NCBI GenBank assembly: GCA_965217865.1
Contig: CBDCJO010000001.1
Coordinates: 576,001 to 640,000, forward strand
Direction of reading: 5' to 3'
DNA length: 64,000 nucleotides
Source: Candidatus Latescibacterota bacterium
GTDB lineage: Bacteria; Latescibacterota; UBA2968; SICM01
Shown: one piece after another, positions 9,930 through 19,666 of the stretch
How positions within the stretch are numbered: the stretch's first letter is position 1
Layout: each line of letters opens with the position of its first letter
Made by a program: the position numbers and the translations under genes
The notes under the pieces: generated by a model
Seen by the model: the letters and a program-made list of their open reading frames with translations, nothing else
Databases searched by the model: none
What the model was told of the DNA's origin: nothing

Positions 9930-10870
9930 TTTTCTTTGCGGCCTTTCGAGCGCGTTGCGTGGGGTCAAGCGCCGTCAACCCGGTAGGCGCATCGAGTGGG
10001 TCAGTCGTACCAGCATCGCGATCCAGACAATGGACCTCAAGGACCGCCATTGGCCACGCGGCGGCCAGTGCAAACGCGAGGTAGTACGGCTCATTGAGGC
10101 GAACGACAAGCACGAACCCGAATCCGGTTGAATGCTGCTCGACTGGGTGGCCACTCGCTTCCTGCAAGGCTGCTGCAAGATGAGCAAGCGTCCTTTCCCG
10201 CGTTGTACTGTCAACATCTTGAGCGGAATTAAGAGCCGGTATCGAATCATCGGTTCCGATCCGGACTCGTTGCATAGGGACCTTCTCCCACGCGAAGAGT
10301 TCTTGGTCAGGTAACACTCTGCTCGCAAGGAGCGCTTGCCGGATAGGGCTTAATCCTGGAAGGATCTTAACCTGTAGTGGAAAAGGGCCGCTGTCTTCGC
10401 TTGAAAGGTCATAGATCCACGGGTGGATTCGGATGAGCGATTCGCCATGGCTATCTTCGAGGGTGACGATTATCTCGGACATCGCGGGAAACTGATTGCG
10501 GTCCGCAATGCTGACGATTCGCCGTTTGTCTCCACCGCTCGGCGAAGCCAACCCCAAGCGATGGTGAGAATGCCAGTCACCGAAATAGCGCAGTCCCCAA
10601 TCGGCTGCAAGCCTTTCACTGAGCCCTCTCAGATATTCAACGTCAAGCCGAAAGTGTGCGTGATCACGTTGCGCCTTCGGTCCAGCCTTCGTCGCAAGGT
10701 AGATTGTTGGCAGATCGTGCCACCGACCGAATAGATCCCCTCCCGTCTCGACACTCGACAGACCAAGCCGAAGCTTCAGATGCGATTGCGCACAGTTCAG
10801 ATTCCCACGTCACAAGGAAGCCTCGCGGGGTCTGGGGTTGTGAGCGCCGCTTTATCAGCCGGGTCAGGCG
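9930..10870 (-). pseudogene. JAB/MPN (Mov34/PAD-1) metallopeptidase-domain gene broken by a 7-bp duplication
   Basis: Removing one copy of ctcgaca-ctcgaca (10747-10760) joins ORF 10664-10900 to ORF 9817-10557 and gives VETGGDLFG...GDWHSHHRLGLASPSGGD. Confidence 0.85.
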
Positions 10871-10962
10871 CCGGAGCAAGGGGAGATTTCGGATGGCCAT
10901 ATCTGATAGGGTTGAGTATTTGAAAGTTTCAATCCGCTCCCCTCACCGAAGCAAGGGGAGAT
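10871..10962. CRISPR. CRISPR remnant A, right part
   Basis: Half repeat ccggagcaaggggagat (10871-10887), 38-bp spacer, full repeat 10926-10962. Confidence 0.8.
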
Positions 10963-11186
10963 TTCATCAGCCCCCAGCTGATCTGGGCGCACGTCCGGGA
11001 CACCGTCGCCGTCAGGGTCCCCAAGCTCCTCACCGTTGGTGGCCCCGTCTCCGTCGGAGTCCAGTATCTTTTGTCTGAGATCGCCCGAAAAAACGGGGGC
11101 AAGGTCGAAGCAAGATCCTGGTTGCCTGTAGGGTTGAGAAGGGATACATATTTTGGGATATCCCTGACCTCACAGGAGGAGTAAAG

Positions 11187-11522
11187 ATGGAGCAACTGTC
11201 CTCAAACAGTGACCCGGTCAAGAAGCGCAGGAGCTTGTCCCCGGAACAGAAGTATGAGATTTTCCTTGAAGCCAGCCGGGGAGATGTTCCCATTGCACAG
11301 GTGCTGCGGAAATGGGGCATTCATTCCTCGGATCTAAAGCGTATTCGTGAGTCGGTCAAGTCCGGGGCCCTCAAGGAGTTCAAGGGTCGCCGGAGCCGCA
11401 AGCCGATGGTATCGGCTGAGGAGGTGGAGCAGCTGCGCAAAGAGCGGGCACGCCTGGAGCAAACGATCATTGAGCAATCTGTGGAACTTTCCCTGCTAAA
11501 AAAAAGTGTGAATGGGATCTGA
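11187..11522 (+). CDS. IS3-family transposase OrfA (HTH)
   Basis: RRSLSPEQKYEIFLE...VLRKWGI HTH plus coiled coil. Confidence 0.88.
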   Translation: MEQLSSNSDPVKKRRSLSPEQKYEIFLEASRGDVPIAQVLRKWGIHSSDLKRIRESVKSGALKEFKGRRSRKPMVSAEEVEQLRKERARLEQTIIEQSVELSLLKKSVNGI

Positions 11523-11545
11523 CAGGCCCGATCAAGGGCCACCGG

Positions 11546-12577
11546 GTGCAAGCTGAGGTCAAACGCGAGATCCTCTTAATGGTCCATCGGGCCAAGGAGA
11601 AAGGGGTGAAACTCACCCGTTCTTGCGAGATCCTACAGCTTCCCCTCCAGCGGTATTGTGCCTGGAGCCGGCGAGATCGAGAAGAGAAGCTGGATGGGGT
11701 GTCGGACCCGCTTTTGGATGGGAAGCCCGGGCCCGCCCCTGATGAGGCCCCACACGGATTGCTGAGGGAGGAGAAAGAGCAAATCCCGGCCCTCTTAAGG
11801 GATGAGACCTATGCCGATCTGCCTCCCCATCAGCTGGCGGTGGTAGCCTCAGAGAAGGGGGTAGTGCAGGCCTCGGCCTCCAGCTTCTACCGACAGGCCA
11901 GGAAAGAACGTCTGGCACGCAGGAAACAGGTGAGGACGCCGGTCAAGCAGAGCAAGCCCCAGGTCAAACCTGAAGGTCCTAATCAGGTCTGGAGCTGGGA
12001 CCTGACCTACATCCCATTTTTCGGTTTGTTCCTGTATTTTACCGCCATTCTCGACGTGTATTCCAGGAAGATCGTAGGATGGAAGCTCTCCTTCAACGCG
12101 ACCGTGGAGCAGGTCAAACAGGCCTGGGATCAAGCCCTTGCCAACGAAGGACTGCTGGACCTGGACACTGGGCCCATAAGCTTGACAGCCCTCTCAGATC
12201 ACGGATCTCAGATGAAGGCCAAATCGATGGCCCAATTCTTCAAGGACCTGGGCATCTCGCAGCTGTTTGCCCGATATCAAACACCCACGGACAACGCCTG
12301 GATCGAAGCCTTTTTCCGGACATTCAAATACGACTGGCTGCGCTTCCAGGACATCTTCACATTCCATCAACTGGAAGGCCTGATTGATTCCTTCATTCAC
12401 AGCTACAACGCCGAACGCTATCACGGGGCAATACAGTATGTCACGCCTCTTCAGAGGCATAAAGGCCAGCATCAAAAGATTCTTCACCACCGACAAGGTC
12501 GAAAGGAGGAGGCTCGGCAGCGCCGCATAGAAATCAATCGGCAAAGAACATCCCAGACCATCCACAAGGCTGCCTGA
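11546..12577 (+). CDS. IS3-family transposase OrfB (rve integrase)
   Basis: PNQVWSWDLTY, LSDHGSQM, DNAWIEAFFRTFK (DDE). Confidence 0.92.
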   Translation: MQAEVKREILLMVHRAKEKGVKLTRSCEILQLPLQRYCAWSRRDREEKLDGVSDPLLDGKPGPAPDEAPHGLLREEKEQIPALLRDETYADLPPHQLAVVASEKGVVQASASSFYRQARKERLARRKQVRTPVKQSKPQVKPEGPNQVWSWDLTYIPFFGLFLYFTAILDVYSRKIVGWKLSFNATVEQVKQAWDQALANEGLLDLDTGPISLTALSDHGSQMKAKSMAQFFKDLGISQLFARYQTPTDNAWIEAFFRTFKYDWLRFQDIFTFHQLEGLIDSFIHSYNAERYHGAIQYVTPLQRHKGQHQKILHHRQGRKEEARQRRIEINRQRTSQTIHKAA

Positions 12578-13683
12578 ATCTTGCTTGGACCTTTATCTGC
12601 TTTTCTCTTGTTATCTCAGAATAGATACACCAGGGCGGCCAGACCGGCGTTCCAGTTGACCGTGGCCGACGCCCCCATGCCGTTCAGAAAACCGCTTTCG
12701 ACCACCGATCCGAAGATGTTGCGGGCTCCACCTCCGGCCGGGTTGACGTGGTAGTTGGCACAGCTGGAAACGCTGCCGTTCGGGATCTGAGAAGGACGGC
12801 CGGGCCTGGAAAAAGCGTCGGACGTGAGTGCCATGAACAGCAGCGCAAATGAAATTGGAACCAGACGTTTCATTTTGAACTCCCCGAAGTTACTTGTCAC
12901 GAGTAGGCGGGATCGATGGGCTGCGTACGGGCTGTCGCGAACGCATTTCGATCTCTGTCCGTTGTACCGGAGTGGATTTGGCGTGTGCGTCTGTTGGAAA
13001 TCCGTATTCGATCAAGGCCGCTTCCCCGGTTCGAACTTGGGCGGGAGATGACGCGATACCGGCCCGGCCTTCTTCAGCAGCCGTCTTCGACCAATCTCTC
13101 TTCAAGGGAAACCAGACAAACACGATAAACCATATATGAGAATTGGCGTATCCGGTCAACTCTTGAATCCCGTGTAGCCAATGAATCCGTTTCAAAGTCC
13201 GCTATGTGTTTCTGGGGCCGGTGCCCGGACCCATCGGGTCCGGCTTCCAGTGTGAATACGTACCGAAGAACGTTCCGAAACATCGATGCCTCTGGCCAAG
13301 GGTATGAAGAGCATATAACAAATCAGGGGAAAGGTCAAGTCCTAAGCGCCTGATCTTCGCCGACGACTTTGGAAAAAAGCCTTCCTTAAAGGAGATTCAA
13401 CCAATGGACCGCGAAATGCCTACTCTAACCTGTTCCGAAGTTCCCAACAATTTCGTCCAGGTCATAGGCTGTCACCTATCGACCTCTCGAGGATCGAAGG
13501 GGCCAACCAAGACATGGACGCCTGGAGGGTGCGGGAATCAGTCGACTTTTTGTCACTGGCCTCAGGTCGGCGTGACGGCGAAGCCGGGGCGATTTCTGGA
13601 GTTTTTGGAGATCCTGAAAAGGCCGGGGCGAAGCTCAATGTCTCGAATCTGGCCGTCATCCAACGGGCCGCGACCGCTTCTGA

Positions 13684-13738
13684 TCGCTTGGATCTGAAGC
13701 TTCCCTGGTTGACAGCTTCCGGCCAAACGGCTATATTA
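13684..13738 (+). promoter_or_regulatory. Repeated promoter-like cassette (second copy 16871-16925)
   Basis: TTGACA-17bp-TATATT (13709-13737); about 55-bp near-identical copy with TTGACG at 16871-16925. Confidence 0.55.
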
Positions 13739-13861
13739 CTGTATTCTGGAGGAGGGGGAGAGGGGATTCGATCGAAATTTGAGGAACAACCCCAGCAAAG
13801 TAGATTGCCCATGCACCGGAGCCCACGATGCGGTGCCAGGACGAGAAGCGGGATGCCGTGC

Positions 13862-13964
13862 GCAAGCTACGAATGCGGCGTTTTCCTTGGGCGGAATCAC
13901 CCAGCACGTTTTCAGATGGGGCTTGAGTTCGTTTTTTTGAGCGCCCGTTGCACGGTCCGATAGG
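13862..13964 (-). mobile_element. Internal IS630 fragment
   Basis: Reverse complement of 5879-5981, few mismatches, no IS ends. Confidence 0.9.
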
Positions 13965-13996
13965 CGCAGACCCCGGCCAGCCGAGCAACATCCTTC

Positions 13997-14666
13997 TCAA
14001 TGGTTTCGATTGTAGTAAATTATGGCCCCTTCGATCTCCTCGCGACCTACGGAAGGCCAATAGGGATCGACAATACAAAAGTCAGCATATGCCGATTGCC
14101 ATAGTAGAAAGTTGCTTATTCGATTGTCACCACCTGTTCGGATCACCAAATCCACATCGGGCAATCCCGCGGTGTACAGGTTTTCTGCAATCGTGTCCTC
14201 GGTAATCTGTTCTGGTGGAAATCCCTGGGCGGTTAGCTTCCTGACTACATCCAGAAGCTCGGCCTTACTCCCATAGTTGAAGACGAAATTCAAAATATTC
14301 GGGCCCGTTATCTTGGGTCAGTTTGACTGCATTATCGAGGACACGAAGGGTTGCGTTTGACAGATTTTGCCTGCTCCCACTGTGCACGATTCGGACGTTT
14401 TTTGAGTGCAGTTCCTCGGCGAATTTGGGTCCCAGGGTCCTGATGAAAAACATCAGTTTATCGACTTCATTCTCGGGTCGACTCCAATTCTCGCTTGACC
14501 ATCCGTAAACTGATACGACTTCAACACCAAGATCATAGCAAATATCGAGGACTTCCCGAATGTGTTCGAGGCCGGCTCTGTGTCCGTCACTTCGGGATAA
14601 TCCGCGTTCAGCGGCCCAACGGCCATTTCCGTCCATGATGAAACCGATGTGCTTTGGAGTTACCAC
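13997..14666 (-). pseudogene. uppS: Undecaprenyl/polyprenyl diphosphate synthase, frameshifted near 14290
   Basis: PKHIGFIMDGNGRWA...GHRAG...WSSENWSRP, then second frame NYGSKAEL...DLVIRTGGDNRISNFLLWQSAYA. Confidence 0.88.
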
Positions 14667-14721
14667 TTCAGACTCACTCAGTTGGAGGGGTCCAATGTCG
14701 GCAGACGAAACAAGGCGGGGC

Positions 14722-15219
14722 TCAGAGTGTGCGGAAATAATCGACGCCAGGAAGACTAATATTGAAACCTACTCTCTCATACGCTTTTCGAGCAGGCAGG
14801 TGCGAAGGATCTCCTCCTGTGCAGACTTTGACGTATTTTATCCCTTCGGTTCGCAAGCGTTGGAACACTTCCTCGTACATCATTTGAGCGATCCCTTGCC
14901 TTTGAAAATCAGGATGGACCGCGTTGTTTCCAATCTCCGCCATGCCTGGATGGGGTGCGTTAGGGTAGAAACTGACAAATCCTGCAATAACAGCACCGCT
15001 CTGTGCCACAAGGATAGTGCCTGGGGTATCTGGCTGGCAGGCCCTCAGAATCTGATCAGTCTTCCCTTTTTGCCAATCGGGATGCATTAAGGCAAACAAC
15101 TCTTCGCCTAGGATCTGCTTAAACGATGCGAAGATGGGTGCCCATGCCGAAAGAGCGATATCTACGAGGCGGTCACTGTCTTCTGAATGCAGTTCACGAA
15201 TCACTATATTCGGTTTCAT
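14722..15219 (-). CDS. GNAT-family N-acetyltransferase
   Basis: AVHPDFQRQGIA motif A; PARKAYERVGF motif B. Confidence 0.92.
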   Translation of the reverse strand: MKPNIVIRELHSEDSDRLVDIALSAWAPIFASFKQILGEELFALMHPDWQKGKTDQILRACQPDTPGTILVAQSGAVIAGFVSFYPNAPHPGMAEIGNNAVHPDFQRQGIAQMMYEEVFQRLRTEGIKYVKVCTGGDPSHLPARKAYERVGFNISLPGVDYFRTL

Positions 15220-15240
15220 CTTCTAAAACCAGACTTGCTA

Positions 15241-15792
15241 TTACGAGGCTGAATTCGCCTCTTGCTTTTTATAAGCCGTAATACCGTAGAGCAGGCCAAA
15301 CATCAAACCTGCAATGAGTCCCGCGCTTGTACCATAAAACAGCATCTTTGTACTGTAAGAAAAGAAAATCGAACTCAACAGCGTCCCAGCGACCGCTCCC
15401 CAGGTTGACTTCTCAATCCAGAAATCTGCTCTGCTGAATTGAATCGTATTCTGAGTAATCGTCCTTGCATACCGCGATAAAGAAACTAGAACCAAGCCTG
15501 AGACGAGAAGCTTGAGAAAGTGACTCCAATATAAGCTATTCCATTCTCCTGTCGTGTTGGTCCACTCAGGTAGTGACGTCGGCAAAGTGATATCAATATG
15601 ATCAAATGCGCTCTGGCTTACGTAACTGTAATGGATATCGTGCATCATCGCGAAGTCTCCGATCGTCAAAACTAAGAACAAAAAGCAACTCAACAGTGCC
15701 ACTTTTATCAGAATGCTGGGGTTACTCATATCGACATCTCCTTGTTGATGGTGTCCCTGAAGTAGAGGCAGCTCAGTTCCATGCGAGCTCAT
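15241..15792 (-). CDS. Membrane protein (about 4 TM); true start may be near 15729
   Basis: Several hydrophobic helices; overlaps the upstream gene. Confidence 0.55.
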   Translation of the reverse strand: MSSHGTELPLLQGHHQQGDVDMSNPSILIKVALLSCFLFLVLTIGDFAMMHDIHYSYVSQSAFDHIDITLPTSLPEWTNTTGEWNSLYWSHFLKLLVSGLVLVSLSRYARTITQNTIQFSRADFWIEKSTWGAVAGTLLSSIFFSYSTKMLFYGTSAGLIAGLMFGLLYGITAYKKQEANSAS

Positions 15793-16702
15793 CTAATAGG
15801 ACTTTTACTCTTTCTTCGCTTCCATGAATGAACAGGGGCCCTATAATTCCTCTCCCGTGCAATGCATATATGAGGGTGTCGATCTCAATCATCTGGTGTT
15901 CGGGAGTCTTGCACATTGGCCACTTCTCAAGAAATTCCTTAACTGGATCTGGGCTTCCAGTAAAAATATTCTGATTTTGGTACAACTGTCGCCATCTTTG
16001 CCAGGTGAATTCATGGTTACATTCGGTGCATCTAAGCCTTTCAATCCTTCTTTTAAGACGTTTGGTGTAGATAGACCATTTTTTCTCATAACCGCAATAA
16101 GGGCACCTGAACAAACCCGATATGTGGTTGCCCTGGTTTTTGCAGCTTGGGCACTGAAGTTCCCCGGAGGTTTGTGAAGCACTTTCCTGAGACCTGCTTA
16201 CGGTTTGTTTGGCAGTGGGGAGACGGTGGATTATTTTGCTACAGTGAGGGCAAGGTAGTCTGATGCGATTCTTTATTGAATGCCTGTATCGCTGCCAGGA
16301 CCATGTTTTGGTGCATTCCTGGCAGGAAAGAATACCCTGTTCGTGAGTCCAAACCAGGTGTGCGACGCATTCAAAGCACCTGGGCACCCTCCTCAGAGCT
16401 TCTCTGCACTCAAACCAGGATATGGGTAGGTTACACTCGGGGCATGCGAAAGTGGAGGGGCGTTCACTCTTTTGTTTTTGCTTCAGATTCCGATAAAACT
16501 GGGCTCGGTAGACAATCTCACCGCATTTGGGGCAAGGAACCTCGCCTGACACCGCGCGCACGACAGTCAGGACATCCTGACAGCGTGTATACAACCCCCA
16601 GCCGACTTCAAGCAAAAGCTCGTCGTCGTACACCCCTAACTTTGAAAGATTGTAGAGGCGACGAATCCGCCACCGTCTTACTCGAGGTGTCCATTCTTCC
16701 AT
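15773..16702 (-). CDS. Multi zinc-ribbon protein (8 CxxC motifs)
   Basis: CPKC, CPEC, CFEC, CQEC, CPHC, CPSC, CPYC, CTEC in a 309-aa basic ORF. Confidence 0.75.
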   Translation of the reverse strand: MEEWTPRVRRWRIRRLYNLSKLGVYDDELLLEVGWGLYTRCQDVLTVVRAVSGEVPCPKCGEIVYRAQFYRNLKQKQKSERPSTFACPECNLPISWFECREALRRVPRCFECVAHLVWTHEQGILSCQECTKTWSWQRYRHSIKNRIRLPCPHCSKIIHRLPTAKQTVSRSQESASQTSGELQCPSCKNQGNHISGLFRCPYCGYEKKWSIYTKRLKRRIERLRCTECNHEFTWQRWRQLYQNQNIFTGSPDPVKEFLEKWPMCKTPEHQMIEIDTLIYALHGRGIIGPLFIHGSEERVKVLLDELAWN

Positions 16703-16934
16703 AAAAAAGCAACTCGTCAGGAAATCTTGATGAGGTTTTTACACGGAAAAAAGTGGGGTGGGAGGATATAATCTGGGCCAATTTCGGCTTATCAAACGAC
16801 AATTTCCCCATTGGAAACGACCACCTGATTGTCCGCGAGCAGAGTTGCATGTGGAATTATGTAGTCCACGTCGCTCGGATCTGAAGCCTCCCTGGTTGAC
16901 GGCTTCCGGCCAAACGGCTATATTCTTCCAGGGC

Positions 16935-17212
16935 GTTACTGGAGTCGCTCACGGTCGAACGTCCAGGCTACGTCTGCCGCGAGGTTACCGTTGAACTCGC
17001 ATGGGTTCTGGAACGCGCCTACGGCTACTCCCGTGACCAGATCGCGACAATATTGGAAGAACTGGCGGCGACCGAGGGTCTCGTAGTCGAGGCAGCCGAC
17101 GATGTGGCCCGTGCGGCCTTCCGCTACCGCGCGGGCGGCGCAGGGTTTTTCGACCTGATGATCCTGGCCGCTGCCGAACGATCGGGAGCCTACCCCCTGT
17201 ACACCTTCGACG
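16935..17212 (+). pseudogene. PIN-domain (VapC) toxin fragment
   Basis: VCREVTVELAWVLERAYG...GAGFFDLMILAAAERSGAYPLYTFD; N-terminus missing. Confidence 0.8.
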
Positions 17213-17349
17213 GTCCCGGTGCGGCAGGATGTGATCGTGAAGAAGCTGCCCGATCCTCCGGTAGGTTCGCAGGGTCTCCTGCTCAACGGCCCGTTTTGCC
17301 CGGTCCATACCTTCCTGAAGCAGATGCAGGACCTCATTCCGCAGGTGGG

Positions 17350-17905
17350 CCGGGATGCTCCGTCTCGATTTCGCCGTAGGCTTCCTTCTCTGTCTTGGCT
17401 TTTTCCAACGCCTGGAGCTGATCTTCGGTCAGGATCAAATGCTCCTGGGCGGCTTGGGCTTCCAGGGCTTTGAGGCGTTTCTGAAACGTCTCCAGGTCAT
17501 GGCGTAACCATACACTCCGTACGCCGCCGGGTGAGATGAAGAGGCCTTCTTTCTTCAGCTCATTCGAAGTGCGCAGTTGCCCATAGGCTGGTTTGGCCAG
17601 GGCAAAGGCCACGACCGCTTCTTCGGTCTGCGGCTCCACGCGATTCTTGACCAGGGGCTTTTTACGACTCATCTCCTGCAGAGCCATCTCGCCGCCCTGG
17701 TCATACAGCTCTTTAAATCGATAAAAGCTGTCGCGGGAGTAGCCCATGACTTTGCAGGCCTGCGAGACGTTGCCCAACAACTCGGCCAGCTCCAGCAAAC
17801 CCACTTTGTTTTTGATGATCTTTTCGTCCGTCGTCATCTGACATCTCTCCTCATTAAAAGATACTACGTTGAAGATAAGTGTCAGATCAAATCTTGACTA
17901 TTTCA
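17350..17905 (-). mobile_element. IS481-family element, left end plus truncated transposase (ORF 17334-17837)
   Basis: [40 protein letters not shown]...GEIETEHPG; terminal sequence tgaaatagtcaagatttgatctgacac. Confidence 0.88.
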
Positions 17906-18128
17906 AAATGGGCCACTTTTAGGGTCCCGGTCACAGCGGTACTGAAGACAACAGACCCAGCCTGATATTGCTCGCGAGACTCCGGCTGATCTCGAACGCT
18001 ATTCAAGATAAGAGCACGTTCACCTTTGTCCTCGGATTTCATGAATGCTAAGTCAGCGAGGAATAATGAACCGCGGTCAGTAGAATCAACAGACACTACA
18101 TCTATCTCTTCTGTGTGTGAAAGAATCG

Positions 18129-18662
18129 CTAAAAGGATGCTGTTTCAATTTCTTCCATAGAAAAAAGCGCACACAGCTCTATTCCAGACTGAATTAGTTT
18201 CTCTCTACCCCCAGATTGTCGATCAATCACACATAACGCATGAATAACTTCAATCCCATCAAGTCTAAGTTTATTCACAGCATCTAGAATTGCGCCTCCG
18301 CTAGACACAACATCTTCAACTAATACCACCCTGCGATCGTTGAGATCCGGTCCTTCTGCATATTTGCAGGTACCGTACTTCTTGGCTTTCTTTCGAATAA
18401 ACGCTGCTGGAAGGCTCGTAACATGACTCAGTGCTGTGACTATGGGTATTCCACCCATTTCTAGACCCGCAAGTATTTCAGACCCATCCGGAATAAAGCT
18501 CGCCATTTCTACTGCGATCGACTCTAAGATTACCGGGTCAGACTCGAACAAATATTTGTCAAAGTAGGTGTCGGATATCGCGCCAGACCTTAGCTCAAAT
18601 CTTCCAGTTAATTTGGAGACCTGCCTTATTCTTGACGCTAGTTTTGCTTTTTCCCCAATCAT
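18129..18662 (-). CDS. pyrE: Orotate phosphoribosyltransferase
   Basis: GRFELRSG...YFDKY, GLEMGGIP, IRKKAKKYGT flexible loop, VLVEDVVSSGGA PRPP-binding motif. Confidence 0.85.
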   Translation of the reverse strand: MIGEKAKLASRIRQVSKLTGRFELRSGAISDTYFDKYLFESDPVILESIAVEMASFIPDGSEILAGLEMGGIPIVTALSHVTSLPAAFIRKKAKKYGTCKYAEGPDLNDRRVVLVEDVVSSGGAILDAVNKLRLDGIEVIHALCVIDRQSGGREKLIQSGIELCALFSMEEIETASF

Positions 18663-18719
18663 TATACAGCCTCCCAGTTAGTATCACTACCACTCAACGA
18701 AAGCTTAGATTGCAGTTCA

Positions 18720-19493
18720 TTACACAAAATTAACTTCTTGAGTCAACGAGTTGTAAACGAACAGGCTTTTTGTGTTTACGCACTGGTTGTTGAAATACTC
18801 CTCTGAACAACCTACGGTGAACAGCTCCAACTGATCCAAACTCAGCCCAACCTCACTAGCAAACTTCATAATCGTAGAGCCGGTACCTGTATAATCATCA
18901 ACAAACAATACGGTTTTGCTCCACAACATCGCGGGCTCAATGTCGTCGACCTCTTTATCCAAAACTAGCACGTTACGCAATTGTTCTTTCCCTATTGCAA
19001 CAGCGAGAGAAACCCCACCCATTGCACGTGTTGCAATGTAATCGAAGTCTCTCTTTTGCACCATCTGAACAATCTGAAGAAGAGAACGTATGTGCGTAAC
19101 ACTCGGTACTACATCTATATAACTAGGCCCCTCGCCTCCTCCCGAGTACTTATATACCCCTTTGTTAACTACAAGAAGCTGACCAAAATGCTTAAATTCT
19201 TGATCATCAACTTTCGTGTATTCAGGATGACTTGCCTCATAGTTGCTGATCAATTCCTGAGTGAAATCAGCACAAGCATACCCTTCCGCCTTTGCCTTCA
19301 ATCCGTGCATTTTTGGATGGTCCCGCAAGAACCCGATGTGTTTGTGTTCTTTGAGGCCTTGAAGAACGGCATGAATGAAGCCGACCACACCTTTATCTGA
19401 GGAAATACAGCCCACATTCCCAGGGTATGATTCATCTGTACGAACCAAATAAACTCCCTTTGCTAGCACATCCACCATTGAGCAACTCCCCAA
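18720..19493 (-). CDS. Phosphoribosyltransferase-domain protein, probably chimeric N-terminus
   Basis: C-terminal VLFVDDYTGTGSTI PRPP loop; first about 35 aa resemble an MBL-fold hydrolase start (GVYLV...GNVGCISSDKGVV). Confidence 0.55.
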   Translation of the reverse strand: MGSCSMVDVLAKGVYLVRTDESYPGNVGCISSDKGVVGFIHAVLQGLKEHKHIGFLRDHPKMHGLKAKAEGYACADFTQELISNYEASHPEYTKVDDQEFKHFGQLLVVNKGVYKYSGGGEGPSYIDVVPSVTHIRSLLQIVQMVQKRDFDYIATRAMGGVSLAVAIGKEQLRNVLVLDKEVDDIEPAMLWSKTVLFVDDYTGTGSTIMKFASEVGLSLDQLELFTVGCSEEYFNNQCVNTKSLFVYNSLTQEVNFV

Positions 19494-19666
19494 GCACCAT
19501 CAGATTTTTAGCATGATCTGCGGTCCATTGAAGTTCAATAAACCTTTCGGAGCCTTGAGTACTCATAATTTTCTCAAGTATTGCTGTGATTATTTCAAGG
19601 TCTACACGATACTCGACCCCCCACTTTGCGGGTGCGATCAAATTCGACAGCAGCCGTACTATTGCA

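Larger units (their letters stand above)
11065..12629 (+). mobile_element. IS3-family element, copy 1 (1565 bp)
   Basis: orfA + orfB with an A8G slippery site (11498-11506); flanked by CCAG direct repeat (11061-11064 / 12630-12633); near-identical inverted copy at 22494-24058. Confidence 0.92.
10990..12873 (-). pseudogene. Secreted temptin-like protein gene interrupted by IS3 copy 1
   Basis: Signal peptide, then QIPNG...SCANYHVNPAGGGARNIFG...WNAGLAAL (12873-12630), continuing in frame past the IS as DSDGDGATNGEELGDPDG (11064 downward). Confidence 0.7.

Noticed and set aside
9817-9930. Repeated peptide VITYQMPQGVEH as a protein repeat
   Set aside because: It is read-through translation of the two CRISPR B repeats.
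10901-10910. Spacer of array A matching repeat B (atctgatagg)
   Set aside because: Only 10 bp; plausibly chance.
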